Origin: Mobula hypostoma
Taxonomy: Eukaryota
Direction of reading: 5' to 3'
Length of the DNA: 64,000 bases
Assembly: GCF_963921235.1 (NCBI RefSeq)
Contig: NC_086098.1
Coordinates: forward strand, 5,332,001-5,396,000
Shown: in pieces, positions 12,822-23,086 of the stretch
Position numbering within the stretch: the stretch's first letter is position 1
How the letters are laid out: each line of letters starts with the position of its first letter
Made by a program: the position numbers and the translations under genes
The notes under the pieces: model-generated
What the model was told of the DNA's origin: nothing
What the model saw: the letters and a program-made list of their open reading frames with translations, nothing else
Databases searched by the model: none

Positions 12822-12839
12822 TGGGGGCTCGTCCGGGAT
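12822..12839 (+). other. Primer-binding site, tRNA-Pro
   Basis: TGGGGGCTCGTCCGGGAT, 4 nt after the LTR end. Confidence 0.95.
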
Positions 12840-12915
12840 TTTGAACGCTAAATTTGGGACGGAGTAAATTGATTGGGTTAAAATTCCCGAAAGAAAGAAA
12901 AGACAAACAGCAGAA

Positions 12916-14238
12916 ATGGAGGTTGAGGAATTTATAAAGGCGCCGACCTTGGAGGCATTAGAGGATGCCAGGAAATCGGAATTGATAGCTGTGGCCAAAC
13001 GGGTGAATCTTGCCAAGGTGAAGTCGACAATGAGGAGAGAGGAGATACACAGAGCTATTGTAGAGCACTATGTATCTAAAGGTGTGTTTCCCCAAGGTGA
13101 GCTGGGGGTGGTGTCTATTGAAAAACCTGCTGGAGACGCGGTACAAGTACAGCTTGAAAAACTGAGACTCGAGCACGAGTTCCGGGTACGGCAGTTAGAA
13201 CACGAAGAGAAGCAGTTAGAAAGGCAGGAGAGAGAGAAAGAGTTAGAAAGGCGGGAGAGAGAGAAAGAGGTAGAAAGGCAAGAGAGAGAAAGACAGTTGG
13301 AGAGAGAGGAGAAACAGAGGGAAAGGGAATTTGAGCTGGAGAAGTTAAAGATAAGGGCCGAGCAGGGGCTCGTGCCGAACCAAGGTGGAGGGTTCCGGGC
13401 GACCCAGGAGGTAAGGCTGGTTCCCCCATTTGATGATACCGACGTGGATCGGTACTTCCCCCACTTCGAAAAAGTGGCTATAAGTCAGGACTGGCCGAGG
13501 GATAAGTGGGTTGTTTTACTTCAGAGTGTACTGAAAGGGAAGGCCCAAGAAGCTTACTCAGCTTTGTCCGCGGAAGATGCCCAGAAGTATGAGGTGGTGA
13601 AAGAGGCCATCCTCAGGATTTATGAGTTGGTCCCGGAGGCATACCGGCAGAGGTTCCGGAATGCGAGGAAGCGGTGGGACCGCACGTATTTGGAGTTTGC
13701 TCGTGAGATGCAAACATATTGTGAGCGTTGGTGTGCCTCGAAGGGGGTAGAGGGGGATTATGACAGACTGCTGCAGCTGATTCTGATTGAGCAGTTTAAA
13801 GGTTGTGTCCCTGAGGGTATGAGACCCTACCTCGATGAGAAAGAGGCAGCCACGTTAGCCGCAACTGCTAAGTTAGCGGATGAGTATGCGTTGACGCATA
13901 AAATGAAGGTTGCCCCGAGTAAAGGCTACCAGAAGGGTAGTCAGGACGGCGGGGAGAGTCCGCCGGAAAAGTCAGAAAGTAAGCCGGGGACTAGTGAAAA
14001 GGATAAGGTAGACCGGGAGCAGTCTGGTAGGAAGTCTCCTGGGGTCGTCTGTTATAATTGTGGGAAAGTCGGACACTTTGCGTCCAGGTGCTTTGCCCCA
14101 AGGAAGGAGGCGGGGAAAGGAAAAGCGGAAATTTTGAATGGCTGTATCGAGCTGTTAAGCGAACCGCTAGGGAAGGACAGGTCTGAAAAAGTCCAGGAAG
14201 GGCGCGAGAGGTTTATCTCGGCCGACTGGTGTCAGTGA
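12916..14238 (+). CDS. gag: Gag polyprotein, Gmr1-type (E/R-rich coil, SCAN-related capsid, CCHC knuckle)
   Basis: 440-aa ORF with LVPPF..YF.HFEKVA...W...KW, ELVPEAYRQRFR, LILIEQF and CYNCGKVGHFASRC. Confidence 0.92.
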   Translation: MEVEEFIKAPTLEALEDARKSELIAVAKRVNLAKVKSTMRREEIHRAIVEHYVSKGVFPQGELGVVSIEKPAGDAVQVQLEKLRLEHEFRVRQLEHEEKQLERQEREKELERREREKEVERQERERQLEREEKQREREFELEKLKIRAEQGLVPNQGGGFRATQEVRLVPPFDDTDVDRYFPHFEKVAISQDWPRDKWVVLLQSVLKGKAQEAYSALSAEDAQKYEVVKEAILRIYELVPEAYRQRFRNARKRWDRTYLEFAREMQTYCERWCASKGVEGDYDRLLQLILIEQFKGCVPEGMRPYLDEKEAATLAATAKLADEYALTHKMKVAPSKGYQKGSQDGGESPPEKSESKPGTSEKDKVDREQSGRKSPGVVCYNCGKVGHFASRCFAPRKEAGKGKAEILNGCIELLSEPLGKDRSEKVQEGRERFISADWCQ

Positions 14239-15620
14239 AGGAGGGGTTAAAACCAGTTCCAGTGCGGATCTGGAGAGACACGGGAGCGTGTCAGTCACTA
14301 ATACTGAAGAGTGTATTAGAGTTTAGCTCAGAGACCCAGACTGGGGAGGTAGAGATCAAAGGTGTTGGGGAAGGGACAGAGTCAGTCCCTTTGCACCAGA
14401 TACATTTACAGAGCAACCTGGTCTCTGGACTAGTCACGATCGGGGTGAGGTCCGAATTACCGATGAAAGACGTGGAAGTCTTGCTCGGTAATGACATCGC
14501 CAGAGAAATCGTGTTCCCAGTCGTGAGATTGACGGGTCAGCCTGCCAGCATGGAGGCCCCGCCCGCGATGGTGAATTTGGCTGAAACATTTCTGCCAACC
14601 TTGTATGAGACAGGGTGTAGTGAGATAAGAGGTAGTGAGGGAGCTGGGACGGACGTAGCAGTAGCCAGGAAAGAATTTGTGCAGACGCAGGAGCGAGACG
14701 AGGGGCTGATGGTTTTTGCCGAGACCGCTCTCTCTGACACAGCCTTGACAAGCTATTGTGCGGATGAGGAAGTGCTAAGGAAGAAAGGGAAATCAAGTAC
14801 AGCATCCGCAGATGAGGAGTGGGGGGTGGTGCAAAAGAGTTATGGGGATGAGGTTTTTAACATGGCCCACGAGGTACCCCCCGGTGGACATTTTGCGGTG
14901 CTGGAGGAAACAGTTGGTGGAATCATGAAAGAGATTTACCGGCTGCCCAGGGGGAAAAATGTTATTGATCATGACCGACGCGAACTGAGACGGTCACCGG
15001 CTTTTGATATGCTAACAAACCTAGTCGGTGTTAGCGTGGAAATCAATGAAGCTAGGGGCCCCTTGATAAGAGGAAAAAACCATTTTGAAAAGATTAGGAT
15101 GGGATCGGTCAGATGGGAGAAGGCTATTGTTTTGGCCAGGTCTACTGATAAGGTTTCTCCCTTAATCCCCGAACAAAGCGAATCTTTAGAAGGAGTAATT
15201 AAACGACTCGCACCTATGTGTTTGATTGTCCCGAGGAAATGCAAAGAACTGGGACGTTGGGTGATTGTGGTTACAATAGGGCAGCCAAGTAAACAACACC
15301 CATATTTTTCGAGTAATTCAGTGACTAAAGGGCTGATGAACACAGAGGTGTGTATTGGCAATTTAACACGGCTGTCTGAAGCCAGTTTGATAGTGAACCT
15401 TGAAAAAAATGAATTCGGCCACACGAGGGTCACTTACCTGGGAATTGTGGTGACACAGGGGCAGCTGGCAGTGATGCAAGCTACAGTGCAGGCTATCGCT
15501 GACCTCCCAACCCCGACAGACAAGAGGGCCCTCAGAAGGCTTTTGGAGATGGTGGGGTACTGCAGGAAGTTTTGCAATAACTCTGCGGTCAATACCCGTT
15601 CCCTTGCGAGAGAAAACTGA
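14229..15620 (+). CDS. Aspartic protease fused in frame to vestigial integrase and RT fragments
   Basis: IWRDTGACQSLI...VLLGND (protease); MAHEVPPGGHF (start of IN H2C2); PSKQHPY, EVCIGNL at the YxDD position, and VNLEKNEFGHTRVTYLG..VGYCRKF (RT). No ATG start; this frame is -1 relative to gag. Confidence 0.8.
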   Translation: MSVKEGLKPVPVRIWRDTGACQSLILKSVLEFSSETQTGEVEIKGVGEGTESVPLHQIHLQSNLVSGLVTIGVRSELPMKDVEVLLGNDIAREIVFPVVRLTGQPASMEAPPAMVNLAETFLPTLYETGCSEIRGSEGAGTDVAVARKEFVQTQERDEGLMVFAETALSDTALTSYCADEEVLRKKGKSSTASADEEWGVVQKSYGDEVFNMAHEVPPGGHFAVLEETVGGIMKEIYRLPRGKNVIDHDRRELRRSPAFDMLTNLVGVSVEINEARGPLIRGKNHFEKIRMGSVRWEKAIVLARSTDKVSPLIPEQSESLEGVIKRLAPMCLIVPRKCKELGRWVIVVTIGQPSKQHPYFSSNSVTKGLMNTEVCIGNLTRLSEASLIVNLEKNEFGHTRVTYLGIVVTQGQLAVMQATVQAIADLPTPTDKRALRRLLEMVGYCRKFCNNSAVNTRSLAREN

Positions 15621-15913
15621 GTCGGAATGGGACGACCCTTGTTATTGTGGTCCGGGACAAAACCAAATGAGAGGTTACATTGGTCGCAATTCATCAGTGT
15701 CTTTGGCCACTATGAAGTTTGCTGAGTTGGAGCCTGGTCTAAGGGATTATTAATAACACGTGTAAAAGGAACAGAAAATGTGATGACTGTCTGTCAAGGT
15801 GTTGACAGCTTCAAATTCTCTGTATTAGCCAAATAGCTGATAAAGATGTATATTGTGTATGTATCAGATAATGTAGTCATGTTTGTAATTTTTACCTCCC
15901 GGTAAAAATCCTT

Positions 15914-15925
15914 AAAGGGGGGAAG
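15914..15925 (+). other. Polypurine tract
   Basis: AAAGGGGGGAAG immediately before the TG of the 3' LTR. Confidence 0.9.
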
Positions 15926-16779
15926 TGTTACGAGAATACACATAAAATTAAGATGTTTGCTGGCCTGGGCTAGCATCAGTGGCATCAGCAGTTGGTCTGC
16001 CACCTGCCCTCAGGGGAAGGAGAGATAAGGAACAATGGAGCAGCGTCTGGAGATGTGTAATGAAGGGATGTGGGAGGGAGAGCTGTCTGGAGCGGCTCCC
16101 CCCTTTGAGCCCTGAACTGTTTGAAGTGATGGACAGGCGATGCCCCAGCAGGGGGATAAAAAGGGACAGGTTCGCTAAGGCAGGACACACACGCCACCCG
16201 AGGTAACGAGACCCTGGAAGCGGTGCGCCTCTCACGAGTGGGTGAGAAGCATCAGACAACGACAAGGGTGGAAAGGTACGATCAGCGGGAACCCGGTGTG
16301 TGTCCGCCCTTGCCTGGGTGCCGGGTTCACTGCAGAGGATCGACCGCATCTGGAGGAGGGGTCACAGTCGGTGACCTCAGGTGACATCACCAAGGACCCG
16401 CCCAAAAGCTGTTTGTGAGCCATCTCGCTGGTCTGTGAGTGAAGCAGTGTTCTGAATGATCAGTTGTTCCTATTCTGTCTCTCTTCCCCCACCTTGTCCA
16501 TCGCCATGGCAACGATTACTGCGAACTGAACTGGACTGAACTTTGAGTCATTTTGAAATTTGGTCATTTACCCCTAGACAATGATAGAGCTTGATTGACG
16601 CTGTTATCTTAATTCTGTGCACATGTGCGTTTATCCTCGCTGAACTGTTGCATTTATTATCCTTTCGATTACTGTGTTGCTCGTTTCTTTAATAAAACTT
16701 TCTTAGTTCTAGTACTCCAGACTCCAACTGAGTGATCCATTTCTGCTGGTTTGGCAACCCAGTTACGGGGTACGTAACA
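15926..16779 (+). repeat. 3' LTR (854 bp)
   Basis: TGTTACG...CGTAACA 7-bp inverted termini. By eye it differs from the 5' LTR by about 8 substitutions and one 2-bp indel. Confidence 0.96.
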
Positions 16780-16942
16780 ATATATATATATATATACACA
16801 CATCATGGATTGTGTTTAATTGGGGCAGCAGTTTATTTGGGACAACTGTGACAAGATCTGAAGGATTATTCAATATGGGCTGTTCCTTTAAAGAGAGAGG
16901 GACAGAGAGCATGCAGCTGTACGGCACAAACGACTTGTTATT

Positions 16943-17086
16943 GAACATAGAACATAGAATAGTACAGCACAGTACAGGCCCTTTGGCCCACAATGTTGTG
17001 CCGACCCTCAAACCCTGCCTCCCATATAAGCCCCCACCTTAAATTCCTCCATATACCTGTCTAGTACGCTCTTAAACTTCACTAGT
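16943..17086 (-). mobile_element. CR1 3'-end fragment inside the solo LTR
   Basis: gaacatagaacatag tail complement plus a CR1 3'UTR-type sequence. Confidence 0.75.
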
Positions 17087-17231
17087 TTGTTCAGAATTTC
17101 TGCAAGGATATGGCCAGCTTCTGAGTTCCTACAGAGAGAGAAGGGAGGAGCTACTTGATGGACAGCTGGTGCTCAGCACAACGGTATTTAAACCAGCATT
17201 ATTGCTTGTTTCATACACGCAGACGCACTAA

Positions 17232-18286
17232 GGCTACATCCACACTACACCGGATAATTTTGAAAACGCCGGTTTCGAGTAAAAATGACAGGCATCTACA
17301 CTAAGCGTTTTTCAAGATATCTCTGTCCACATTAGACGGATATTTGGGTGAATCTCCTCCTACTGGGCAGGTGCAGGACACACAGAAAACAAGCGAAGAG
17401 GAAACATTATACTTGGTGCGCGTTTGTCCAGTTACAGAGTAGAAAAATTTCAAAGGAATTGCTCTTGGCTCTCGCGCAGGAGAACTTAAAACAAAAAACA
17501 ACAAATACTGGAGCGTATGGAGGCAACCGACAGGGAGTTCACGGACGGTATGACCTGGCTGACGACGAACATTGAAAAACTGACTCACTCTGTTGCATTA
17601 ATAAAGCACCTTGTTAAATGTACAAAACATGTCTGCATCAGTGTTATCTTGTATTTCCATATAATGTTACATTAGGCTGTGACACATCTATTGTCAGAGA
17701 AGTACTTGCATAAATAGGTAAACCACCTTGGTTCTTGGTTCTTGGTTCTTGATCCTCCAAAGTATTCTGCACGGAATTTAAACTGGGGGTGGCGGAGGGT
17801 GTTTTCTGTCCTTACCTTCATACAGGCAAGGATAGAAAACAGGGCAAAGTGAGTATACTTATTTACTCAGTAAGCTATGGGTCAAAGTATTTGGTAAGTA
17901 TATTTCTAACTCTTCTGGCTTCAGTCTTGTTGCCGTCTATTCTGAAATTGTACGCAGAAGCGCAGAATCAAATATCGCGGTGATGATTGTATGCTTTAGT
18001 ATCAATTGTTTGGCGACAGTGAAGTAGTAATAATAATAAGAAGAAAGAGAATAAAACAATGAAATGCCGGGCTGTTGCCATCTGTTCCGGCACGTCATGA
18101 CAGCGGTTTTAAAAAGCTCCGGTTACCCCGTACACACTGCAACGGATATTAGGCATATTCAGGTTTATTTACTCTGGAAACCGTTTCTGAAAATCTCCGT
18201 TTTCGGGGGATGAAAACAGCGTTTTAGTGTGGATGAAGAGAAAAAGCTTTGTTTTCAAAATTATCCGGCGTAGTGTGGACGTAACC
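17232..18286. mobile_element. PIF/Harbinger-type MITE
   Basis: About 36-bp TIRs GGCTACATCCACACTACACCGGATAATTTTGAAAAC / GTTTTCAAAATTATCCGGCGTAGTGTGGACGTAACC, 3-bp TNA flanks (TAA/TGA), no transposase. Confidence 0.88.
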
Positions 18287-18654
18287 TGAGGTGTGGTGAA
18301 GTTACCACTATCCTGTTCAGGTGCCCACGAGAGCAGGACTGAGGATCGATTGTGGGGGATCGATCTGTGATTATTAGTGCATGAAAGACTGACCCTGTGG
18401 AGTGTGTCTAACCTTTGCCTGGGTCGGTAGACTATCACTTGAAGATGGTGCTCTTAAGTTGGTCAAGTTTGGCTAACTTGGAAGTTTCGGAGGACAACGG
18501 GAAGATCGACAGCATCAGCTCACTTGAAGAGCTAGACATCTCTCTCTCCCTCACTACTCAACTAAATACCATGAACTGAACTGATTCCCTTTAACCATCA
18601 TTGTAAGACTGTATCCATTTACCCCTAGCTTGAAAAAGCTTGGTTTTTATATTT

Positions 18655-18655
<1 letters not shown>

Positions 18656-18710
<55 letters not shown>
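18656..18710. repeat. (CA)n(TA)n microsatellite
   Basis: Directly visible. Confidence 0.95.
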
Positions 18711-18711
<1 letters not shown>

Positions 18712-20012
18712 AAATCATTGCTAACCTGTTTGATTAACCTGTTTGATTTATCTGAATTTATAATACTGTATTGCCTAGTTACTAATAAATACCATTAGTT
18801 AACAGCAATACCAGACTCCAAGGTGTTCTCCATTTCTGCTGGTTCTTTAACCCGTCACGGGGTACATGACACAACTCAAGGAACAAAATCTAAATCAAGA
18901 AAATAACCAAGATTCCCTTTATTTATTTGTGACAGTATGCTGCTTAATTGGAGCAGATGTTGCTGAGCAGTTTCTAACTAGACACTACATTTGGTTTAGA
19001 GAGATCAGTTTTTAAATAATGTCAGCTGAGTGTGTTTGTGTTTAAAAAGCAGTGATTTTTCTTACTGGCAGTTGCTGAGAAATAATCAGAAGGACAATTC
19101 AGAACGAATTTGCTCTCTCACTGAGGTATCAAGCAGAAGACCATAGGCCCATAAGGCCATAAGACAAAGGAGCAGAATTAGGCCATTCAGCCCATCGAGT
19201 CTGCTCTGTCATTCCATCATGCCTGATCCCAGATCCCACTCAACCCCATACACCTGCCTTCTCACCATATCCTTTGATGCCCTGACCGAGCAGGAAACAA
19301 TTCAACTTCCACCTTCAATATACCCATGGACTTGGCCTCCACTGCAGTCTGTGGCAGAGCATTCCACAGAAACTGCCTGGAATTTCCCAGCCGCATAGCT
19401 TTCTATTTTTCCAAGATCTATGTACCTATTGAAGAGTCTCTTTAAAGGACCCTATCATATCCATCTCTACCACCTTGACTGGCAGTGCACCCTGCACCTA
19501 CCACTCTCTGTGTAAAAAACTTACCTCCAACACTTTGTGTATGATAGGAAGTCTGGTTCTGATTCTTTCAGGCAGTATCTATGGTGAGGAATAAACAGAT
19601 GACATTTCGGACCAAAGCCCTTCACCGGGATTGAAGATTGAACACTATCCAGTGAACCCCCAGTGTTCGCTCAGCGGGAGACAAATCGTATTGTGTTTGA
19701 CTGCAGACAGCTGCAACATTCATGCACTCAAGCTCTGGGACTATTTTATTGTGTGACTGCATTTTACTGATATTACGCTATGCAATGTGTGCCTTGTGCT
19801 GTGCATGACTGTTGGTGCTGTGTTTTGCACCTTGGCCCCGAAGTAACGCTGTTTCATTTGGCTGTATTCATGGGTTTTCATGAATGGTTGAATGACGATT
19901 AAGCTTGAACTATGAACTATCACAAGGGACTACCTGGAGGAGTGGTAAACATCGACCATAAGCTTGAAAATCTGACATAGCCCTTAAAAACGCTTCTGGT
20001 TCAGGAAAATAA

Positions 20013-20866
20013 GAAACATAGAAGCATAGAAAAACTACAGCACAATACAGGCCCTTCGGCCCATAAAGCTGCCAAACATGTCCTTACCTTAGAAATTCGT
20101 CGAGGCTATCCCTCGAGGTCGAGGATGATAGTCTTCATTCTGTTGATCTACTTATGGGCTCTCAAGTGGCTTATGAGTCCAATCTTGGCTTTGAAAGTTC
20201 TTCCACATTTGGGACAGGTAGTTCCAGATGGCAGATCGGGCTGTGGTTGTTGCTGCCTCTCTTTCCATTTTCTTCTCTTTTCTTCTAATTCTGCACATCT
20301 GTTGGCTTCGAAAGTTGCTGTTCCTTCTCGGATGATGGCTTGCCAGAGTTTCCTGTCCTTGGCTTTGGTTTCCCAATTGTTGATGTCTAAGATGGAGCAG
20401 TCATGTTGTTCGGATGAAAGACAAACGTCTGCTGAAACAAATCTTCTACTCCCAGCTTAAAGAAGCCAAACGTAAAAGAGGCGGACAACAGAAGAGATTC
20501 AAAGACGTCTTAAAGGCCAACATGAAGAAATGTAACATCGACATCAACCTTGGAAATTACCTAGGGTTACACATAGCCCTCTATTTTTCTAAGCTCTATG
20601 TACCTATCCAGGAGACCCTTAAAAGACCCTATCGTATCCATCTCCACCACTGTCACCGGCAGCCCATTCCACATACTCACCACTCTCTGCGTAAAAAACT
20701 TACCCCGACATCTCCTCTGTACCTCCTTCCAAGCACCTTAAAACTGTGCCCTCTCGTGCTAGCCATTTCAGCCCTGGGAAAAAGCCTCTGACTATCCACA
20801 CGATCAATGCCTCTCAATATCTTATACACCTCTATCAGGTCACCTCTCATCCTCCGTCACTCCAAG
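20013..20866 (-). mobile_element. CR1 3' end interrupted by an RTE insertion
   Basis: Reverse complement of the 8456-8843 subfamily, split at accttagaaatt. Confidence 0.88.
20098..20546 (-). mobile_element. RTE-clade LINE, 5'-truncated and 5'-inverted
   Basis: Minus segment encodes ...CPKCGRTFKAKIGLISHLRAHK*. Plus segment encodes [38 protein letters not shown]. 12-bp TSD ACCTT(A/G)GAAATT. Confidence 0.88.
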
Positions 20867-21334
20867 GAAAAAAAGAAAAAATGTGATGAGAATTTTAACA
20901 AATAGTGTAGGATTAAGTTGTAGAATTGTTATTTTTTTGCCATTTATTCTGCTTGCTTGTATTTTTGTGTAATCATTCATATATGTGTAATAGGTGCTTC
21001 TGTATTTTTCTACAATCTTAGTTTTTCTGTAGCAAGTGTTACACCTCTTAAACCTGGCTATGTTATAAGCAAGTTATTATTGCTGGAATGTTGTTATCTC
21101 TTTTGTCAGAGCTAATTTCTTTTATTGGATAGCCACAACTTTTTTCCTTCTTCTCTTCATTCCTTGTTTGTTCTTTGTTCTTGTAACACTGAGTAAAATG
21201 ACCATAACCACCTAGTTTTATGACTTCTGAACATCTGGATCACAAAATGACCTGGATCCTACAATAGTAGGTAAAGTCAGAAGTGGGACTTGACTTCAAT
21301 TGGAAGGAGATATTTGGGAGCATGAAATGTTGAG

Positions 21335-21733
21335 ACCATAAGACCATAAGATATAGGAGCAGAGTTAGGTCATTTGGTCCATTGATTCTGTTCTGCCATT
21401 TCATCATGGCTGATCCATTTCCCTCTCAGCTCAATCTCCTGCCTTCTCTCCGTATCTTCATGCTCAGTCTTATCAAGAATCTACCAACCTTTGCCTTAAA
21501 TATACCCAATGACTTGGCATCACAGCCACCTGTGGCAATGAATTCCACAGATTCACTACTCCCTGGCTAAAGGAATTCCTCTATTCTGAGGCTGTGTCCT
21601 CCGGTCTTAGACTCTCCACCACCGGAAGCATCCTCTCCAAATCCACTCTATTAAAGCCTTTCGCTATCCGACAGTTTTCAATGAGACCCCTGCTCAATGT
21701 TCTGAATTCCAGTGAGTACAGGCCCAGAGCCAA
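21335..21733 (-). mobile_element. CR1 3'-end fragment
   Basis: (accataag)n tail complement and C-terminal ORF2 sequence. Confidence 0.8.
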
Positions 21734-21902
21734 GGTGAGCTGAAGGTGAGTTCAAACCCTGAAGGCAAAACCTGGATGTCGTAATTCTTGGACAACATTC
21801 CTATGGAAGAATTTAAATATTCACGGTACAAAATAATGAATTTTGATTAGCTCTAAGGGTAAATTAATTTTGTCACCTTAATCACAAAATCACAAAAAAA
21901 TG

Positions 21903-22457
21903 TACTCAGTGGCCACTTTATTAGATACACCTGTGCACCTGCTCGTTAAATCAAACATCCAATCAGCCAGTCACGTGGCAGCAACTCAATGCGTAAAAGC
22001 ATGCAGACATGGTCAAGAGGTTCAGTAGTTATTCAAGCCAAACAGCAGAATGGGGAAGAGATGTGATCTAAGAAATGTAGTGCTAGAGGGTGTGGTTTGA
22101 GTATCTTAGAAACTACTAGTCTCCTGGGATTTTCATGTACAACAGACTCCAGAGCTTACAGAGGATGCTGTGAAAAACAAAAAAAATGTCACGAGTGGCC
22201 ATTCTGTTGGTAAAAATGCCTTGTTAATGAGAGGTCAGAGGAGAATGGCCAGACTGGTTCAAGCTGACAGGAAGGTGACAGTAACTCAAATAACCACACA
22301 TTACAATAGTGGTGTGCAGAAGAGCATCTCTGAATGCACAACATGTCGAGCCTTTAAGTGGATTGGCTGCAGCAGCAGAAGACCACGAGCCTACACATGA
22401 TGGCCACTTTATTACTGTATGTAAAGGATCAACTTATTAAAGTGGCCACTGTGTGTA
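21903..22457 (+). mobile_element. Tc1-derived non-autonomous element
   Basis: TIR ctcagtggccactttatta / ttaaagtggccactgtg. Internal transposase N-terminal remnant RGQRRMARLVQADRKVTVTQITT. Confidence 0.85.
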
Positions 22458-23086
22458 CAGACAACTCCTTGCCATTTGTCTAATGTTCCCATGTTATCAG
22501 ATGCTCTGCCGATCTGTTACGGTCACTTGTAATTCCTAGTGAATGCACATCCTATCGTTTAACATCTCGGCTTTATCTTTACATGCTAGTTTTGTGATTT
22601 CTGGTTGCAATTTGAGAGGAGTTTCAGTTTGACAGTGCCCAGAGGGTGGTCTTTGTGACAAGCTGTCCAGACTGTATAACAGTTCATTGCATAATTGAAA
22701 GCACATGGCGTTTGCAATGTGACACCTCTTTGGGAAAATGTCATAGACCATTTTCCAATTGCAAGTTACAAGAAGTTCAGAGGTGATTTTCTCCCTTTCA
22801 GTTCAATACTTTAATCAATCCCTTTTGTAGTTCTATTTACTTAAGGTGATGCAAAATCTTCACTACATAAATATTGGTGAAGTCTAACTTCTGGGTGGCA
22901 AACCAATCTAAAAATGGCATCATAGTTTATTTCTCAGGTTTCACCACAACAAACATTTTGCCTCAGGTGTTACCATCGATCATGAGTATGTGTAATTTCA
23001 TCAAAATATATGTTTCTAAATATCAACGTTTTCACCAAAATTCTCAAACATCTTGAAAACAAACTATGGTTTCTAAAGTAGGATTA

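Larger units (their letters stand above)
11966..16779 (+). mobile_element. Young non-autonomous Gmr1-like (Ty3/Gypsy) LTR retrotransposon, 4.8 kb
   Basis: Two LTRs of about 850 bp, PBS-Pro, PPT, gag and protease, ATAT target duplication (11962-11965 and 16780-16783) within a (TA)n tract. Remnant domain order is PR-IN-RT-RH. Confidence 0.95.
16847..18871 (+). mobile_element. Older solo LTR related to the Gmr1-like LTR, carrying two nested insertions
   Basis: TG...CA ends, 4-bp TSD CAAC (16843-16846 and 18872-18875). The 3' end ccagactccaa...ccatttctgctggtt...acggggtac matches the young LTR. About 820 bp after removing inserts. Confidence 0.85.
16803..19135 (+). mobile_element. Tigger/pogo-like non-autonomous DNA element split by a solo LTR
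   Basis: ttaattggggcagc..tatttgggaca motif at about 16815-16846 resumes after 18875 (tatttgtgaca..cttaattggagcag). Family assignment is from recall. Confidence 0.5.

Noticed and set aside
12916..14238. Host SCAN-domain zinc-finger gene
   Set aside because: It lies between LTRs with PBS and PPT and has a CCHC knuckle, not C2H2 fingers. It is Gag.
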